Shown piece by piece: positions 58,826 through 64,000 of a DNA stretch of 64,000 nt (positions within the stretch are counted from its first letter, which is position 1; the number at the start of each line of letters is the position of its first letter). Below the pieces are notes generated by a model. It searched no databases. It worked only from the letters and a program-made list of their open reading frames with translations, and had not been told where the DNA came from. The translations under genes and the position numbers were made by a program. This DNA is from Chrysomallon squamiferum (Eukaryota; Animalia; Mollusca): the NCBI GenBank assembly GCA_012295275.1, contig CM022669.1, positions 4,216,001 through 4,280,000 on the forward strand, written 5' to 3'.

Positions 58826-59668
58826 CATCATCATCATCATCGTCATTATCATTTATTTATTTATTTTTAATGGGTTTTTTAATTTTTTCCTTTCATTTCC
58901 TTTTTATTTTTATTTTGCTATTAGATGAGTTCAAAAGGCCAGAAACCTAAAACGCGATTTACGTAACAACCAACATTCATCACTGTTGTCCACTGCTTGA
59001 AATGTAAAACCTTTTATTTCACTTCCTGATAGTTTTTAACTTTATTCAACTAATGGTTTGAAAAGAAGATATTTTTGTCTTCACTTAATTCAAAATAGAA
59101 AAAAAAAATTAATAGCAAAAAGATATATATATATATATATAAAAAAAAAAAAAAAAAAAAATAAAAAAATTGTTGATTAATTTCAGCAAACCATAGTGAA
59201 GAAATCGTTAATAAATTAACAGTTTTATAAATGACATGTAAAAAAAAGTACAGCTGTCGTGAAAACAGTTCAAAGCAGGCTCGGTGTACTGATGCTGTTA
59301 AAGTGGACGTGCACGAATCAAGTCTTAGAACAAAAAGCAGTGAATTTATTGTTCAGTTGTAAGAATACAGACCTGAATTACGTAGAATGACCACTTTATT
59401 ACAAAAAGATAAACCTACAGAGAATTGTTCCTCACCCTGTTTATTAAAGACTTCGATATTTGCTGAGCTGTTTATGGGAAGGAGCTAATAAAAGTTTACT
59501 TGTTGCTAACTAATAAGAGTAGGCGTTTGTCTGATATCAGTTCGATTTCTCACTATTAACATTGCATAAAATCCCATATTTTGATATCCAATATCCATTC
59601 ATAGTGAAATATACTGATAAATTTTAAACTAAATACGCATTACCTTTCAGTATAATAGTTTATATCTT

Positions 59669-59813
59669 TACTATTCAAACATCAGAACAAAGTATAAGAA
59701 ATAATTCTAGCAAACGGTTTTACAGTTCATTAGAGTCTTTGAAAAACTGTCGTCGATTCAAGCTTTATATGTCTCACGGTAAGATATTTATAAGCGCTAT
59801 AAAACATGCACTT
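59669..59813 (-). repeat. Inner inverted-repeat arm, right
   Basis: Reverse complement of 54575-54719. Confidence 0.9.
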
Positions 59814-60474
59814 TAGAATGCAATTTCGATCATAAATGCCTGAAGCTATTTGCACTGTAACACTTTTCTGTAATAAGACTTTTGATCGGTTTTTCTTAAC
59901 TTTTTCTTTCTATTTTTTCTTTATTTTTTCTTTTATTTTGAGTTTTTCTGCAAAAAGTGGCCAATCAACAATTAATGATGAAAAGACCAACCTACTGCAG
60001 ACTGCGTAATGGTCTATTATCTCGTAGTATTGTTTTATTTTAGACTTGAGTTTTTATAATTTTTTAACCGATGTCTTCTGTACTAACTACACACAACACG
60101 TCATCTACGTTAACGATCGTCTTGTCCGTACTGTTGTTATTTCGAACAAAGTAACAAATCTTAAAATCCTGTGACGGACCAAGTAGAAATAAGTGCACTC
60201 GACACATCTCACTTTACTGCTTGTGCAATAGCTCGTCTCTATTTGTGTCTGGAGTCGGAAATAATTATAACAAACTCAGACCTGTCGTTCGGCCACTGAG
60301 ATAATAACTTATGGATCCTTTTTCATCGAAATGTGTTAATATTTTTGTAATCGAAACCGAATTCGATAAGTTACGGTTGTGTGTAAAACCGAATCGTTTT
60401 CCTTTGCTTGATCAAAGCAAAGCAGTAAATTCAGATGATTGGTTCTTATTTATTTCAAAAATGCATTTATTTTC

Positions 60475-60572
<98 letters not shown>

Positions 60573-60610
60573 GATATTCTTATTGTTGCTTGCGAGAAAT
60601 TATTAGTCTG

Positions 60611-61125
60611 TCGCGAGCTATGGGAACCAGTGCATTGTTCCTGACGTCGTCGACGTTACGTTGACCAACAAGAAAATGTTACCTTTACTTACACTGGTAT
60701 TTCCGCGTCGCAAACAAAGATGTGATTTTAATTAAAATTTCTAAACGTGTCGTCTGTGTACAGTTTTTAGATATCTTTTTTTATCAAACAATTTTTGATA
60801 CTGTCCCTTGTATTAAATACAATTTAAAAATGTATGGACTAAAGCAATGATGATAGATGAACCTATAAAATATTGTTGAATAATTAATTAAAATGTATGA
60901 TTATATAAACCTGAAATCCATCCATTCTTCTGTCTCACTGGTGTATTTATCTTTCCTTCAGTCCATAATTCCTATAATTCCTTTTAATATCAGTTAGATT
61001 TTCATCTAACCTATAAAATTCTAAAAACAATTCTTTACATCTAATAATAGCCTAAATCTAGCACTATCTGATAACGACATTAATCTTCAAAAAAATTATT
61101 ATTATTGTTGTTTTTGTTTTGTTGC

Positions 61126-61176
<51 letters not shown>

Positions 61177-61229
61177 GACAATTTGATGTCATAAACGCTG
61201 TTTGTCCCTTTTTAGTTCTTTGATTTTTT
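60611..61229 (-). repeat. Outer inverted-repeat arm, right
   Basis: Reverse complement of 53604-54136, with about 75 extra bp near 61025-61100. Confidence 0.93.
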
Positions 61230-61244
61230 CAGTTTAAACTTTTT

Positions 61245-61344
<100 letters not shown>

Positions 61345-61444
61345 AATGTAATAACCATAATTTGTTTCCTCCAACAAAACTGTTACAATACACCAAACAT
61401 CAAACGACGTTTTATCACTTTCTTATTCTGTCGTATTTGTACAG

Positions 61445-61675
61445 ATGACATAGACTCGACAATCTGCCAAGTCGACGAAGAAATGACGAAACCACACCCC
61501 GACAACTGCGCGTGGTACTACAACTGTTCCGTCCACCCGGACGCCGTCATGGAGACGTTCTACAGCGGCTTCATCATGGAGTGCCCGTACCCGCAGCTGT
61601 TTTCCGAGGACACCCTGCAGTGCGAGGATTTCGAAGATGTTGACTGCAGAGGTCGCTACGAACCCAAATCTCCGT
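61445..61675 (+). CDS. Chitin-binding domain protein, exon 2 (second CBM14 domain); the gene continues beyond the window
   Basis: 231 nt, phase 1-1, tttgtacag acceptor, gtaagt donor; ICQ...PHPDNCAWYYNCS...ECPYPQLFS...QC...VDC..RYEPKSP. Confidence 0.9.
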
Positions 61676-64000
61676 GTAAGTTTTACTAAGATAAACGCTA
61701 GTGTTTCAAAACCAGATGTCGAAAATCACCGCATAAATTTAAAAGATAAATTCACGTGTTTCAAAACTATAGGATGAATGTTTAAAGAAATATTAATATT
61801 AATTACGTGTCAAAGATTCACTACTGTATGTATAATGATGATAAAAAATAAAACAGGAAGAAGCCCTTTGTCATCATTCCGCTGGCTACCTTTATCGATT
61901 ACTAGCATTTGATTTGCTGTTAACGTCTTCTCATAGACAAATAATACATACCACAGTGTTTGCTAAATCAAACTTGGTACACTTGTTGAATCGATTAACT
62001 GTATGGAGCAACTGGAATTGCTGTTACGTGAAGTATAATTATAAATCGCGACTATCTGTATTATATACTCCACATTTCTATTTTTGAGTCTGTGTTTGAT
62101 ATAATAAAGAACTGTATTTGTTATAATTATGTTGAATGTCAAACTTATTGACAAGCCTCTGAAAGCAATGTGACTTGCTGACGAGCTGAATTTAATTCTG
62201 TCAGATATAGTATAAATACAGTTTTTTGTAGGTTTTGATTTCAGACTGGGGATTATGTTGTCATTATTTGTTGGAATGAGGGATTATAAGGATACGTGAC
62301 AGAAGAGGTGTAAGAAAGATGAAGTAATAAAGTTAAATGATTTTAACTGCTAAAGAAAGAAAGAAGTATTATGTACTCAGCATATTTTCAGTTTACAGTT
62401 ATTATTAAAGAAAACACAGCTGTGTATTGAAATCGCTGCCGCTAGAAGCTCTTCTTCATCATGTCTACACAGGACAGTCTGTATAATATTATAAGTATTT
62501 ACATAATTTTATTTATTTGTTAACCTCTCTAACAAAAAACCTATGGTTTTCCAGATGGAATTTTTAGTTATCTTGTATTGCTCATCCAGGATTTAAAGCA
62601 GTTCGTGTCCTTTGCGAAACAAAACGATGAAAGATAATTCACTATGTATTAGTTTTTCCAAACACACAGAAAAGTATTTAACGCTATAATTTACACTGGC
62701 AAAACTCAGTATTCCTTGTATATGATTATACTTTTTTTTATAAGTTATGTCCCCTTCGTTTATATATATATATATAAAAAAATTTAGAAAAAGAAAAAAA
62801 AAAGGTTAAAAAAACAAAAAACATTATCCGTAAGCGAACAATTTACATAACTTGAAACTATTATTAATTATATATATTTCTACAAAATAACTGAATTATG
62901 TTTTATATATTCTGTTTTCACCATAACTGTTAAATCCGTAGATATCTTCAGGCGCAGTCAGAGTTGTACATACCTCTACCAATGTTTATTTTGTGCGGTG
63001 ACTGTTTTGAAACAGTTTGAATACACAGTTTTGTACAGAAACGTGCTGATTAATCAGCATGAATCATCTCCATACTCGTGATGTGGCTTTAATCTATCTT
63101 TCAGTGCGATGTTGTCTTCTCATATTTGACAGAAATCGTAAATAACTGAAATTCTATACTAATAAACAAATACATTAAAAAAATATATACTATGGAATGA
63201 TGATTAACCAGAGGTTAAAGATACTATAAAATCCGTAAGATAATACGAATCTCATTTTTTTTCTTCTTTAAAGCGCCTAATCTGAGATGGTTGTGTTTAC
63301 AAAACATTGTAATATTAATGATTTGTAAAAATGTGGAGATGCTGCTGTACTATACCGAACCTTAATGATTTACAAAAAGGAGGAACTGATAAACGTACGA
63401 TGTAATATACTGTATTATAATGATTTACAAGAAGGCGGAGACATTAATGAGCATTTAACTATTCACATTTTCTATTTAATTTACCTGTTTTCAGTTTGTT
63501 TTCATTAAAACGGCTGTATTTTTAACGTCGAAACTATTTGTATGATAAATTACCTTATTTAATTTTTGAAAACATTATGCTTAAAGGTATTACATTTTCA
63601 TAATTTCTTATTTTTAACAATTATTTTTATTTTTATTTTTTAATAAATTATCTTTTTTTTATTAATTTTTTTTTTTATTTTACGAATGTCATCGTTTGAT
63701 GTCAGTATTAATAATGATTAGTCAATCCCTCTAAGCCGACATTTCAAGAGTTTTGTTCGTGTAGGTGGGCGTTAATTTCACACAATAGAGTCGCCATTAT
63801 TGTTTCCTCTCTACATTAATAAATATTAAATTTTGTTTACTCCTTTCCTTTTTATTTTATTTCATTACTCTCTTCTTTATGTTCTTCTTCTTCTTCTTCT
63901 TTTTTTTTTTTTTTTTTTCTCACTAATATGTTTCCTGCATTTATATGGCTTACTACTGTTTGTCCTGGCGAAAATACGTCAATTGTTGTTACATCACTTG

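Overview
This is AT-rich, microsatellite-dense animal DNA, most consistent with a mollusc or other lophotrochozoan (inferred from gene style, not proven). Most listed ORFs are simple-repeat artefacts. I can support three genes. (1) A complete Trk/NTRK neurotrophin-receptor tyrosine kinase on the minus strand, with 14 coding exons from ATG 48987 to stop 4982 (about 908 aa), all GT-AG with consistent phases and a 24.6 kb first intron. It has three oddities: a tandemly duplicated 276-nt Ig1 exon, a 1-nt frameshift in the ligand-binding Ig2 exon, and loss of both Ig2 cysteines. (2) A divergently transcribed, secreted chitin-binding (CBM14/ChtBD2) gene on the plus strand, with exons at 56627-57056 and 61445-61675, continuing beyond the window. 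Its promoter and first exon sit between two nested pairs of inverted repeats. (3) The 5' end of a secreted protein (signal peptide, then CxYTF) that runs off the left edge and is missing from the ORF track. The window also holds tRNA-derived SINEs, MITEs, minisatellites and paired CRE motifs. All coordinates and alignments were read by eye; no database search was run.
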